A stretch of DNA of 60,216 bases, the filler included. It is 8 parts of 8 records of this genome, joined end to end, with 100 filler letters (N's around TTAATTAATTAA, not from the genome) between each part and the next. Parts side by side here need not be neighbours in the genome. Positions count along the whole stretch, not along the records: positions 1 to 5,069 come from SRR31147125_17844; positions 5,170 to 13,235 come from SRR31147125_17875; 6 more parts are not named here. One strand, given 5' to 3'. Shown piece by piece: positions 1 to 11,498 of this stretch. How positions within the stretch are numbered: position 1 is the stretch's first letter; each line of letters begins with the position of its first letter. The position numbers and the translations under genes were made by a program. The notes under the pieces were generated by a model. That model was not told where the DNA came from. It made no database searches and worked only from the letters and a program-made list of their open reading frames with translations.

Positions 1-451
1 TTTTTGCAGCGTTTCCACCCTTACTTCCTTTGGCTGTCGGTCTTTTTACGACAAATGATTTGTTTTTCTGTCTGTTCCGCACCAGGTAATTTTCCAGCCT
101 GTCCTGCGGTTCTGGAGGAGCAGAACAGGTAACAGCCCAGTAGGTTTTCTGGATATCACGCGTTCGAAATATCTCACTGAGACGGGTAAGAGCCTTTCCG
201 GTTTTTGCAAACAATACAATTCCACTGGTCGGCCGGTCCAGCCTGTGCGGAATTCCCAGAAATACATTGCCCGGTTTTCCGTAGCGTCGTTTCAAATAAT
301 CCTTAACGGTTTCAGCCAGAGTTTCATCTCCGGTCATGTCTCCCTGAACAATCTCGGAAGGCAGTTTGTTCACCGCGATAATGTGATTATCTTCATAGAG
401 AATTCTTGACTCAACAGCTGTACCGCGCTGTCCGGTTTTTTCTTCACTCAT
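1..451 (-). CDS. RluA-family RNA pseudouridine synthase (3'-truncated at window start; not in ORF track)
   Basis: Manual translation from ATG 451: MSEEKTG...ILYEDNHIIAVNKLPSEIVQGD...FLGIPHRLDRPTSGIVLFAKT; HRLD catalytic motif; GGAGG upstream; ATG overlaps the repaired parC stop (TGATG). Confidence 0.93.
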   Translation of the reverse strand, partial: MSEEKTGQRGTAVESRILYEDNHIIAVNKLPSEIVQGDMTGDETLAETVKDYLKRRYGKPGNVFLGIPHRLDRPTSGIVLFAKTGKALTRLSEIFRTRDIQKTYWAVTCSAPPEPQDRLENYLVRNRQKNKSFVVKRPTAKGSKGGNAAK

Positions 452-2372
452 CAGGTTTTCGTTATCCTCCTGATTTTCGCGGCAGCAATATCTTTAGTGG
501 TCAGACGTACACCGCCGGATCCAACTCCCTTAACCAGATAGTCATGGAAGAAAAATGATTCCTCCAGAATCTTCAGGCGCGGTTTGGTTTGTACTGTATA
601 TAGATTTCGGCATCTTCCTTGATGGAGAATGCGTACAGTCTGCAGCTGGAGGGAACAAGCTCATATGACTTTTTCAGAATATACTGGGTAACTTTGCAGC
701 GCTTAATGTAGAGATCACCGTTCTTCGTATTCTTGAACAGAACCGTAATTACCTGGTTTTCCAACTCTTCCTTATCTGCCAGACAACAGTGACGCATTGT
801 CTTGCCGACAAACAGTTTCTCCTCAACAGAAGTCACAAAATAGGTCCCTGTTTTCTTAACGACCAGAATTCTGTCGTAGTGGGATACCTTGAACTGTTCC
901 TTACCGCTTTTCAACCCATAACCGAGGTAGCCGGTCACCGGATCGTACCGTAAGGTCTGGTCACGTACTGCGGCCTCCCTTACATCAACCTTATCGAAGC
1001 TGATCATCTCCGTCCTGCGCTTTATCAGCTCCGGGTTTACCGCTTTCTTCATGTCCTCAATATTTGCCAGAGCATACTGGATGATATGTGCCAGATGGTA
1101 TTCAATCTCTTTCAGCCGGGCATGAATCTCTTCAATCTCCTCTCGTGCTTTGTTGATATCGTACAATGATATTCTTCGGATAGGGATCTTCAGGAGACGT
1201 TCGATATCCTCATCGGTCACTTCCCGCTGCAGCTGCTCAAGAAAGGGTTTGAACCCGCGGTGTACGGCTTTGAATACGCCTTCGCGAGTTTTCTGAGACT
1301 CAATTTTCTTATATATGCGTTCCTCAATAAAAATCCGCTCAAGAGTCCTGGCATGCAGCTTGTCCAGCAGCTGCTGTTTTTCCACTTCCAGTTCCCGCTT
1401 CAGAATTTGAACCAGCATTCTTGCGTGATAATAGATTGCCTCGGTCACGGTCATTCGTACGGGCAAATTGTCCCGTATCACCAGCAGATTTACGGAAATA
1501 GACTGTTCACAATCGGTAAAGGCATAGAGAGCATCGATAACATCCCGGGTATAGGTTCCCCTGGCAAGTACGATTTCAATATTTATTTTCTCACCGGTGA
1601 AATCATTGATGCTGGATATTTTCAGCTTGCCTTTTTTGGTGGCATTCTCAACGGATGTGATAAACTTCTCGCTGGTAACACCATAGGGCAGCTCCTCAAC
1701 AATAATTCGCTTTGGGTCCTTTGTATTAAGCTTGGCCCTGACAAGCACCTTACCCTGCCCGTCCTCATACTCGGAAACGTCCATAATGCCCCCGCCGAAG
1801 AAATCGGGAAACAGCTGGAAATCGTCTCCCCTGAGGGCCGCGGCGACAGCGTCCATCACTTCCATAATGTTGTGGGGAAGCGCTTTTGTTGCCATACCAA
1901 CCGCAATTCCTTCGGCACCCTGCACTAGAAGAGTTGGAATCTTGGCAGGAAATACAATCGGCTCCTTGTTTCTTCCGTCATACGATTCCTGAAACTCGGT
2001 CAGGTTCGGATTGTACAGCACTTTCTTGGCAAAGGGCGTTATACGGCATTCGATGTATCTTGCCGCGGAAGCTACGTCTCCGGTAAGGATATTGCCGAAG
2101 TTCCCCTGCTTCTCGATGAACAGCTCCATGTTCGCAAGGTTCACCAGGGCTTCATAGATTGATGAATCCCCATGGGGATGATATTTCATGCAGTGCCCCA
2201 CCACGTTGGCAACTTTATGAAATTTGCCGTCATCCAGTTCCAGCATGGAGTGAATGATTCGACGCTGTACGGGTTTAAGACCATCATCAATATCGGGTAT
2301 GGCCCGCTCTTTAATTACATAGGAAGCGTACTCAAGGAAATTATTTTTAAAGAGTGTTTTCGCGTATGCCAT
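451..2372 (-). CDS. parC: DNA topoisomerase IV subunit A (GyrA/ParC family); 1-nt indel near 583-585
   Basis: DGLKPVQRR, HPHGDSSIYEAL, AARYIE active-site Tyr; track ORF stops at 573 but adding one A gives ...YKPKPRLKILEESFFFHDYLVKGVGSGGVRLTTKDI...KT* ending at 451. Confidence 0.88.
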
Positions 2373-4180
2373 TATACCAGGTTCTCCATAATAAACTGTC
2401 GTCTTTCAGGGGTGTTTTTACCCATGTAAAACTCCAGGGTTTTACGCACTTCCTGAATCGCCCGCACACTGATTGGCACAAGGCGGATATTTTCACCGAT
2501 AAACTGTCCAAACTCCTTGGGTGAAATCTCTCCCAACCCTTTGAAACGGGTAACTTCTACAGCCCCGGACAGACGTCTACGGGCTTCATCCCGCTCCTGA
2601 ATATTATAGCAGTAGATGGTCTCTTTTTTGTTTCGCACCCGGAAAAGCGGAGTCTCCAGAATGTAAAGATGTCCGGCATGGATGGCGTCCTCGAAGAAGT
2701 TGAGAAAGAAGGTCATGAGGAGATTGCGGATATGGAATCCGTCAAAATCGGCATCCGTTGCTATGACGATTCGTTCGTAGCGCAGTCCTTCCAGGCCGTT
2801 CTCTATACCGAGGGCCATCATTAAGTTGTAGAGCTCTTCGTTTTTATATATTTCGGTTCTCTTCTTACCGTAAACATTAAGCACCTTGCCGCGCAGGCTG
2901 AATATTGCCTGATTATACACATCGCGGGCGGAGATCATCGGTCCGGTTGCCGACTGCCCCTCTGTCAGAAAAACCGTAGGCTGATTCACCTTCTTGTTGG
3001 TGTCCCCGTAATGAAACTTGCAATCCTTGAGGTTCGGTATCTTCAGGGATATCTTCTTCGCGGCTTCGCGGGCACCCTTTTTAACATCGTTCAGCTCTTT
3101 CCGCAGCTTCTCATTGTTGATGATCTTCTCCGAAAGATTCTCCGCCGCCTCTTTATTCTTCATGAGGTAATCAATGACTCCCTCTTTCACCTCTTTAACG
3201 ATCCAGCCCTTGATATCGCTATTGCCCAGCTTATTTTTCGTCTGGCTCTCAAAAACCGGTTCCATCAGCTTGACCGCTATAGCTCCGGCCAGACCATCGC
3301 GCACATCCACGCCGGAATAGCTTTTTTTATAGAATTCGTTGACACCCTTCAGAATTCCTTCACGGAAAGCACTGAGATGCGATCCGCCGGCACTGGTGTA
3401 CTGACCATTCACATAGGAGAAGTAGTCTTCACCGTAATTATTCGTATGTGTCAGCGCGAATTCCAGCTGACTGCCCTTGTAGTAAATCATTTCATAGAGC
3501 CGGTCTGATCCGACTTCACTCTTCAGGAGGTCATACAGGCCGCGGCGTGACACATAAGCCTTACCGTTATACTCCATAACCAAACCGGTGTTGAGATAAG
3601 CGTAGTTCCAGACCCGCTGTTCTATAAAATCGGGATTGAATTCATAGCTGCCGAAAATATCGATGTCCGGTATAAACTCAACAAGTGTTCCAACCGGCTG
3701 ATCGCTTCTCCCTTTCTTTTCAGAGATTTTCTTTCCCCGTTCGAATACCGCTTCGGCATATTTCCCTTCCCGATACGAAACAACCCGGAACCATGACGAG
3801 AGCGCGTTTACCGCTTTGGTTCCCACACCATTGAGTCCGACCGAGAACTGAAAGACCTCACTGTTGTATTTAGCACCGGTATTGATGATCGATACACAAT
3901 CGACAATCTTGCCAAGCGGTATACCCCGACCGTAGTCACGAACTTTCACCAGCTCCTCATGGATTTCAACCGTTATGCGCTTACCATGCCCCATGATGAA
4001 TTCATCTATACTGTTATCGACGACCTCTTTCAGCAGGATATAGATTCCGTCGTCAACATTGGACCCGTCTCCCAGGCGACCGATATACATACCTGTCCTG
4101 AGCCGGATGTGTTCCAACGAACTGAGCGTTTTTATCTTGCTTTCGTCGTATATATTTGAAATTTTTTTCTCTTTTCCCAT
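2372..4180 (-). CDS. parE: DNA topoisomerase IV subunit B (GyrB/ParE family)
   Basis: EHIRLRTGMYIG, EVVDNSIDE, GLNGVGTKAVNALS, TEGQSA, SLRGK, ATDADFDG, RFKGLGEI; 602 aa; stop overlaps parC start. Confidence 0.9.
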   Translation of the reverse strand: MGKEKKISNIYDESKIKTLSSLEHIRLRTGMYIGRLGDGSNVDDGIYILLKEVVDNSIDEFIMGHGKRITVEIHEELVKVRDYGRGIPLGKIVDCVSIINTGAKYNSEVFQFSVGLNGVGTKAVNALSSWFRVVSYREGKYAEAVFERGKKISEKKGRSDQPVGTLVEFIPDIDIFGSYEFNPDFIEQRVWNYAYLNTGLVMEYNGKAYVSRRGLYDLLKSEVGSDRLYEMIYYKGSQLEFALTHTNNYGEDYFSYVNGQYTSAGGSHLSAFREGILKGVNEFYKKSYSGVDVRDGLAGAIAVKLMEPVFESQTKNKLGNSDIKGWIVKEVKEGVIDYLMKNKEAAENLSEKIINNEKLRKELNDVKKGAREAAKKISLKIPNLKDCKFHYGDTNKKVNQPTVFLTEGQSATGPMISARDVYNQAIFSLRGKVLNVYGKKRTEIYKNEELYNLMMALGIENGLEGLRYERIVIATDADFDGFHIRNLLMTFFLNFFEDAIHAGHLYILETPLFRVRNKKETIYCYNIQERDEARRRLSGAVEVTRFKGLGEISPKEFGQFIGENIRLVPISVRAIQEVRKTLEFYMGKNTPERRQFIMENLV

Positions 4181-4443
4181 AACCAGATATTGTATACCTA
4201 AACGGCAATAATATCAATTTATCCGGCCTTATCCAAAAATATATTCAGACTGAAGTCGCGCTATAACTGGTGCTTTTAGGGTTTAGTTGCCTAACTGCAT
4301 GCTATGTATACTGTTAATATTTGTTGAGTGGTTGATGCACAACTTTTTGCATGCGTGTACCTCTTTCAAAGAAACATTCCAGATAGACGATGGCTTCTAT
4401 TTTTTGTATACTTTCCCAGTATAAAATGCTTCTGGAGGACATA

Positions 4444-4842
4444 ATGGGCGCAAAACAGCATATGGTTGCGGATTTTTATAAAGACAGGTGGAGAACGGTC
4501 AACGATGACGGTACGGAAATTCAGATCGGTTCCGGATCAGGCAAGGCAAAACCGTATGATCTGCTGCTTGGAGCATTAAGCGGTTGTCTGTATGCAACCT
4601 TTGAATCGATTCTCGAAAAGATGCAGGTTGGAGTCAAGGGCACTCGATACGATATACGCGGCGAAAAGCGTGATGATAAAGTTGCGACACTAAAGACGGT
4701 TCATATTGATGTCGTGGTTATCGGTGCCGAAAACGAATCCAAGGCAGAGAAGGCTATGGAGATAGCGGCACGCTACTGTTCGATTTATCAGACACTGAGC
4801 AAAGTTGCCGAAATGTCCTGGAATATTTCATTCGAGGATTAG
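4444..4842 (+). CDS. OsmC/YhfA-family protein
   Basis: KPYDLLLGALSGC...ARYCSIYQTL two-Cys OsmC pattern; GGAGG 6 nt before ATG 4444 (track start 4390 likely too long). Confidence 0.85.
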   Translation: MGAKQHMVADFYKDRWRTVNDDGTEIQIGSGSGKAKPYDLLLGALSGCLYATFESILEKMQVGVKGTRYDIRGEKRDDKVATLKTVHIDVVVIGAENESKAEKAMEIAARYCSIYQTLSKVAEMSWNISFED

Positions 4843-4882
4843 GGAAGCCGTTTACTCCCATTCATTACAGCCAAATTATTAC

Positions 4883-5069
4883 TCACCCAAGCAGGTGTTT
4901 CACCCCTGCGGTCACTTCTTCGAGGATAACTGAAGTTCTGCCCTTTCCCAGCTTTGCCGCTCTCGTAATAATCTCTGTGAAGTAGGAACCCACAACGGCA
5001 GCATGGGCATGCCCCATTAATGCAGCTATATGTTCCGCGCTGCGTATTCCAAAACCACAGTAGAGTTTC
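4883..5069 (-). CDS. trpA: Tryptophan synthase alpha chain, C-terminal fragment (contig edge)
   Basis: Manual translation KLYCGFGIRSAEHIAALMGHAHAAVVGSYF...LLG*; GFGI and VVGS motifs of TrpA. Confidence 0.8.
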
Positions 5070-5169
5070 NNNNNNNNNNNNNNNNNNNNNNNNNNNNNNN
5101 NNNNNNNNNNNNNTTAATTAATTAANNNNNNNNNNNNNNNNNNNNNNNNNNNNNNNNNNNNNNNNNNNN
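5070..5169. other. Artificial contig spacer
   Basis: 100 bp: N-run + TTAATTAATTAA (stop in all six frames) + N-run. Confidence 0.99.
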
Positions 5170-5171
5170 AA

Positions 5172-7583
5172 GAAATTACACCTTATTTTGATGATGAACG
5201 CGGCTTGTACCTGAAGAACCGCGAAACTGGGGAAATGGAATGGGTGCACCCATCGGAAGCAGGACACGGAATTGAAGGCGTGAACCGAAAAATTATGGCA
5301 TTGGTTGAAGATGCTGCCTTTTTATACTGGTATACCGGCGATAAAAAATACGCCGAATTTGCTGCTCCGGTTTTCGATACCTACATGAAAGGTATGTATT
5401 ACCGCGAAGCTCCGGTGGATTTAAATAACTCTACCCAACAAAAAATATCGGGGCTGGCAACCTTCGAAGTTATCCACGAACAAATTGTAGTTTCGTTAAC
5501 GCTCACTTACGATTTCATGTTCGATTATTTAAAGGAGAACGAATACGATATGGATATTTCTGTGGGAGTTTTTCAGAAATGGGGCGATCAAATTATTATA
5601 AACGGAATTCCCGATAACAACTGGAATTTCTTTCAGGCAAGGTTTCTCACCTATATCGGCCTGGCGCTCGACAACAACGAATACTACGAAAATGGCAAAG
5701 GCCAGCAGTATTATCTCGACCATACTTTCGAAACTACAACTGATAGGCAAATTGCTTTAAAGGAAGCCGTTGGAAATTACGATTACAAAAGCGGAATGTG
5801 GCCAGAATGTGCATCATACTCCATGCACGTTACCGAAACTTTGCTGAAAATTCTTACTCTGTTGGATAATGCTACCAATGCCGATGAGTTTAAAAATTAC
5901 TCGATAGTTGAAAAGGCTACTCTGGCTACTTTTCAATACCTCTTTCCCAACGGAGAAATTGTTGCTTTTGGCGATTCTCGTCATCAGTCGCTTCCGGCAG
6001 AAAGTTTTGAATACCTGATTGCCAACTACCGAAAATACAGTAAAGAAGAGAAAGAAAAGCAGATAACCGCCCTGTATCAAAGCTTATCAGAGAATGAGAT
6101 TGAAAATAGAGGAAAGGGCTTGTTCGAACTTTTTTTCTATGTCGATAATCTGGTAGAAACAGAAGAAAAGAATAAGGAAGAATTAATTGGCAGTTTAACT
6201 TCGTCTACATTTTATGCTCCCAATGTAAGTTGGTTTATGCAGCGAATGGGAAGCGGCGATAATGCTACTGTAGTTTCAACATTTGGGGCCATGGGGAACC
6301 ATGCACACGCCAATGGTGTGGCAATAGAAATGTATGCCGACAACCAGATAATTGCCCCTGATATGGGGAAAGGCCCAAGCTACTGGCACCCCGATCACCG
6401 GGATTATTATTCGCGCTATCCTGCACATAATACCGTGGTGGTAAATGGCATTTCCAACAGCGGAGCAATGCGCGTTCGTCATCCTTTTAAAATGGAAAAT
6501 CATTTTCCTCAATCAGAAGATAAAATAAATATTTTTGGACAAGTAAGCTATTCGAACGTGTCGTTTGTTGAACCAATATCTTTAGCTAATCAACAAAGAC
6601 TTACCGCATTAATTAATGGTAAATCGGGCAAACCTTATGTCCTCGATATATTCCGATCGGAAAAGCCGGGAGCAGAAAAACAGAAACACGAATATTTTTA
6701 TCATAACCTTGCGCAATCGATTGCCTTTTCGGACGAAAATGGAGCAGCTGTTTCATTACAAGCTTCTAACAACTTAAACACCAAAGGCAACATCAAGGCT
6801 TATGATTATTTTACCGATGAAAAATCAGTCGCAAGCTCAAAAAATATAAATGCGCTTTTCGAGCTCGCAAGCCAGGGGAATTCAACAAAAATGATGAAGC
6901 TTTGGGTTAAAGGCGACAACAGCAGAGAATATTTTTCGGTGAACGGACCTCAATCACATGCATTAAATAAAGCTACTGTTCCTGCCGAAATTCGCGAAGC
7001 AAAAGTACCGGCATTGGTTATCCGTAAAAATGGCGAGGCCTGGATAAAACCTTTTGTCGTTGTGTTTAATCCATACGTTGATGGAGGGGAGAAAGTGATT
7101 GCGGATGTTAACTATCCTGAAATAGTAGAAAACAAAGCAGCCCAGCAAATTAATGTTACCCATAGCGATGGTGTAACAAAAGATTCGATTGTGGTTACAA
7201 CGTCCGAGAACGATGTTGTCGATTCGGAAGGTTTTTACCTGAAAGGATTGTTGAGCATTAAACGGGTAAACGAAAAAGATCAGCTTGATTTTATTTTTAC
7301 CTCAGGTATTACCCGTTACGCGGCTGATGGATGGGAAATTTGCACTTTTGGAGAGCCGGTAACTACTTCCATCGAAAGCTGCGAAGAGGGTTTCCAAATT
7401 CAGAACGATAAGCCTGTACTGATTGGTATGCCGAAGAAATTGAATCCCGACTATGTTGAGATTTATTCCGAAGGGAAACTGGTTGAGAAACGTAAAGGAT
7501 ATTTGAACCGAAATAATCCAGAAAGAATTGATTTCAAATTCGAAGAACCTTTTGAAAAGGCAGTTATTGTTTTAAAGAAATAG
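5172..7583 (+). CDS. Heparinase II/III-like polysaccharide lyase (5'-truncated)
   Basis: Frame open from contig edge; PDNNWN, AFGDS, GNHAHANG, DMGKG and AHNTVVVNG motifs typical of heparinase II/III-like lyases. Confidence 0.8.
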   Translation, partial: EITPYFDDERGLYLKNRETGEMEWVHPSEAGHGIEGVNRKIMALVEDAAFLYWYTGDKKYAEFAAPVFDTYMKGMYYREAPVDLNNSTQQKISGLATFEVIHEQIVVSLTLTYDFMFDYLKENEYDMDISVGVFQKWGDQIIINGIPDNNWNFFQARFLTYIGLALDNNEYYENGKGQQYYLDHTFETTTDRQIALKEAVGNYDYKSGMWPECASYSMHVTETLLKILTLLDNATNADEFKNYSIVEKATLATFQYLFPNGEIVAFGDSRHQSLPAESFEYLIANYRKYSKEEKEKQITALYQSLSENEIENRGKGLFELFFYVDNLVETEEKNKEELIGSLTSSTFYAPNVSWFMQRMGSGDNATVVSTFGAMGNHAHANGVAIEMYADNQIIAPDMGKGPSYWHPDHRDYYSRYPAHNTVVVNGISNSGAMRVRHPFKMENHFPQSEDKINIFGQVSYSNVSFVEPISLANQQRLTALINGKSGKPYVLDIFRSEKPGAEKQKHEYFYHNLAQSIAFSDENGAAVSLQASNNLNTKGNIKAYDYFTDEKSVASSKNINALFELASQGNSTKMMKLWVKGDNSREYFSVNGPQSHALNKATVPAEIREAKVPALVIRKNGEAWIKPFVVVFNPYVDGGEKVIADVNYPEIVENKAAQQINVTHSDGVTKDSIVVTTSENDVVDSEGFYLKGLLSIKRVNEKDQLDFIFTSGITRYAADGWEICTFGEPVTTSIESCEEGFQIQNDKPVLIGMPKKLNPDYVEIYSEGKLVEKRKGYLNRNNPERIDFKFEEPFEKAVIVLKK

Positions 7584-7606
7584 AATTAGAAAATTAAGAT
7601 ATTTCC

Positions 7607-10016
7607 ATGAAAAAGAGATTGTTACAAATTACTGTGCTGTTGTCGGTTTTGATAATTGGCTCGGGAATGAAAAAGAAAGAGGATTCGATCTACAAAAAGG
7701 TTGGATTGATTTCAATAAAAACGGGGTGAAAGATATTTTCGAAGATCCTGAACAAAAGGTGGAAGACCGGGTGAATAACCTGATTTCGTTAATGAATGTG
7801 GAAGAGAAAAGCTGCCAGCTGACTACTCTTTATGGCTATACGCGGGTTTTGGAAGATGAATTACCTAACGAAAAATGGAAAAGCCGTGTTTGGAAAGATG
7901 GAATTGCGAATATCGACGAGCATTTAAATACCATTCCCGGTCGCCCAAAAACGCACACAGAGCATGCCTATCCTTTTAGTAATCATGCCGAAGCAATAAA
8001 TATCGTTCAAAAATGGTTTGTGGAAGAAACCCGCATGGGAATTCCTGTTGATTTTACCAACGAAGGTGTACATGGTTTATGCCATAAAAAAGCCACGCCT
8101 TTACCGGCACCAATCGGAATTGGCTCAACCTGTAACAAAGATCTGGTACGCCAGGCCGGTGAGACTGTTGGTCGCGAAGCCAAAGCGCTGGGGTACACCA
8201 ATATTTATGCGCCAATACTTGATGTGGCAACCGACCAGCGTTGGGGACGTGTTGTAGAATGTTACGGTGAAGAACCTTATCATATTGCCGAAATGGGGAA
8301 ACAGATGGTAGAAGGAATCCAGTCGCAGGGTGTAGCTTCAACCATAAAACACTTTGCTGTTTACAGTGTGCCAAAAGGTGCGCGCGATGGCGATGCCCGC
8401 ACCGATCCACATGTTGCTCCGCGCGAAATGCATCAGCTTTACTTGTATCCTTTCCGCAGGGTAATTCAGGAATCGAAACCAATGGGCGTAATGAGTAGCT
8501 ACAACGATTACGACGGTGTACCGGTTTCTTCAAGTTACTATTTCTTAACTGAATTATTACGCCAACAATACGGGTTTACCGGTTATGTGGTTTCCGATAG
8601 CGAGGCCGTGGAATATGTATCAGATAAACACCACGTGGCGCCCGATTATAAAGATGCAGTGCGTCAGGTAATTGAAGCCGGATTGAATGTGCGTACCACT
8701 TTCCGCACTCCTGAATCGTTTATCGAGCCTTTGCGCAAGTTAATTGCCGATGGAGAACTGTCGATGAAAACGGTTGATGCCCGCGTTGCCGATGTTTTAC
8801 GAGTGAAAATCGAATTGGGATTGTTCGATAATCCTTATGTTGAAAATACAGCCGCAGCCAACGAGCTTGTACATACTGAAGCAGATGCAGCTTTCTCGAA
8901 AAAAATTAACCAGCAATCGTTGGTATTATTAAAAAACGAAAATAATTTGCTTCCGCTTGATATTAAAAAAGTAGACAAAATATTGGTTGCCGGACCTTTG
9001 GCCGACGAGGTGAGTTTTACTTTTAGTCGTTATGGTCCTGCCGACAACCCATCAACTTCGGTGTACCAGGAATTAAAAAATATGCCGGCAAAAGTGCACA
9101 GGTTGATTACGTTCAAGGTTGCGATATTATAGATCCGAACTGGCCGGGAAGTGAAATTATGTACACACCGCTATCGGAAGAAGAGCAGGCCGGAATTGAT
9201 GCCGCCGTTGAAAAAGCCAAACAATCGGATGTTATTATTGCCGTGGTTGGCGAAGATGAAAAACGAGTGGGCGAATCGTTGTCGCGTACCGGTCTTGATT
9301 TGCCAGGCCGCCAGGCGGAGTTGGTGCGTGCCTTGTATGCCACCGGCAAGCCTGTGGTACTGGTTCTTATAAACGGTCAGCCGCTTACCATAAACTGGGA
9401 AAATAAATATGTGCCGGCCATTTTAGAAGCCTGGTTCCCGGGAACAGAATGTGGAAATGTAATTGCAGAAACGCTTTTTGGTGATTATAATCCGGGAGGA
9501 AAATTATCGGTTACTTTCCCTAAAACAGTGGGGCAGATTCCATTTAGCTTTCCGTATAAACCGGGTTCTCATGCCGGTCAGCCGGGTGTTGGTCCAAATG
9601 GTTACGGAAATACACGCGTGGTTGGAGCTTTATATCCATTTGGTTATGGATTAAGCTACACAACTTTCGAGTACAGTAACTTGCAGTTAAGTACCAAAGC
9701 GCTTCAGTCGCAAGCCGATGTTGAGGTTAGTTTCGATGTGAAAAATACAGGCGAAGTTGCCGGCGATGAAATCGTTCAGCTTTACCTGAAAGATGAGGTG
9801 AGCAGCGTAACAACTTACGAATCGGTGTTACGTGGATTCGAGCGTGTATCTCTGAAACCGGGCGAAACAAAAACGATTTCGTTTACCCTTCATCCGGACG
9901 ATTTGAAGATTTTAGATATAAATATGAATTGGACAGTTGAACCTGGAAAATTTCAGGTTTTAGTGGGAGCTTCTTCAGAAGACATCAGGTTAAAAGACGA
10001 GTTTGAAATTTTATAA
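7607..10016 (+). CDS. GH3 beta-glucosidase/xylosidase with Fn3-like domain; two 1-nt indels (~7695, ~9069)
   Basis: Signal peptide from ATG 7607; WGRVVECYGEEP, IKHF, YVVSDSEAV, YPFGYGLSYTTF; track ORFs 7726-9132 and 9159-10016 join when one A and one G are restored. Confidence 0.92.
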
Positions 10017-10023
10017 CATATAA

Positions 10024-11193
10024 ATGAAAACAAATTTATTTATTGCACTAATTGTAGTTTTGTTTGCCTCATGCACAACGAACGAAACATTTAAAGTTGA
10101 TTCGAAAATTGATTATTGTGTGAACAAAGCAAAGAGCGCTGCTCAAACGCTGGATGCACCGGATAAATATCCACGAAATATTCCCGAAGGAGAAACAAAC
10201 TGGAAAACCAAAGGAGTTCGCGACTGGACAAGCGGATTTTGGCCGGGAACTTTGTGGTATGCCTACGAGGCTTCGGGAAATGAAGAAATTCGGAAACAAG
10301 CTGAAAAATTTACCCAGCCAATTGAATTGATTGCGAATTCTTCAGCAAGAAACCACGACATTGGTTTTATGGTATATTGCAGCTTTGGAAATGGCTACCG
10401 TTTAACCGGAAACGAAGCATACAAACAAACTATTCTTGATGCTGCCGACACCCTGGCAACGCTTTACAATCCTAAAGTTGGCACTATTTTGTCGTGGCCA
10501 AGAAATAAACAATACCAGCACAACACCATTATGGATAACATGATGAACCTGTAATTGTTGTTTTGGGCATCGAAAAACGGGGGAGATAAAAGTTTGTACG
10601 ACATTGCAGTGAAACATGCCGAGACTTGTATGACTACATTAATTCGTCCTGATTTCTCGTCGTACCATGTGGCAATTTTCGATACCATTACCTGGCAGTT
10701 TGTAAAAGGTGTAACACACCAGGGATATGCCGACGATTCGCAGTGGGCGAGGGGACAAGCCTGGGGAATTTACGGATACGCCATGTGTGCACGCGAAACC
10801 GGAAGAACAGATTTTTTGGAGACAGCTCAAAAACTTGCCGATGTATTTAATAGCCGTTTACCCGAAGATGTAATTCCTTTTTGGGATTTCGATGATCCGG
10901 CTATTCCCGATGCTCCCAAAGATGCTTCGGCGGCGGCTGTGGCAGCTTGCGGAATGTTACAAATTGCTGAATTAACCGAAGATGAACCTACAAAAGAGAA
11001 ATATAAAAATGCGGCTATCTCGTTAATTGAAAATCTTTCGAGCGAAAAATACCTGAGCGGCGATGCCAACCAGGCTTTTTTGATGCATTCAACAGGTCAT
11101 CATCCAAAAGGAAGCGAGATTGATATACCTATTATTTACGCTGATTATTATTATCTTGAAGCTTTGTTGAAGATGAAAAAGATGGAGAAATAA
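10024..11193 (+). pseudogene. GH88 unsaturated glucuronyl hydrolase lipoprotein with in-frame TAA at 10552-10554 (nonsense mutation or base-call error)
   Basis: DWTSGFWPG, HDIGF, DNMMNL*LLFW (family has MMNLELL), WARGQAW, DASAAA, YADYYYLEAL; both halves in the same frame. Confidence 0.85.
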
Positions 11194-11256
11194 TAAGAAT
11201 AGCTTTGACCAAAATAGGTAATTTGGACCTATGCGAAAATAAGCGCAGGATAGCTA

Positions 11257-11392
11257 TTTTGCACCGGGTTTTAACCCTGTGATTTTAGAAAACATGAGGG
11301 TTTGGCTTTAGCCTTTAACTGCCAGAGAATTAATGGCTAAAGCCGTTGGTCTTACAGTGTTTTAGACACCGGGCTAAAGCCTCGGTGCAAAA
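11257..11392. repeat. REP/BIME-like nested inverted repeat
   Basis: TTTTGCACCGGGTTTTAACCCTGTG (11257) vs CACCGGGCTAAAGCCTCGGTGCAAAA (11367), with inner GGCTTTAGCC (11304)/GGCTAAAGCC (11335). Confidence 0.75.
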
Positions 11393-11498
11393 AAAGATAT
11401 GAAAGAATAAGGTTTATAGGTGAAATTATAAACAAAAATTAATAGGCTCATAACCCGGTTGCTTTTTATGAGACAAGTAAAACTATAATATCTAAATT

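Noticed and set aside
1260-3508. Long antisense ORFs over parC/parE and similar shadow ORFs elsewhere
   Set aside because: Opposite-strand shadows of well-supported genes, with no recognisable motifs
10024-11193. Stop-codon reassignment (TAA to Glu)
   Set aside because: Single case; neighbouring genes end normally in TAA
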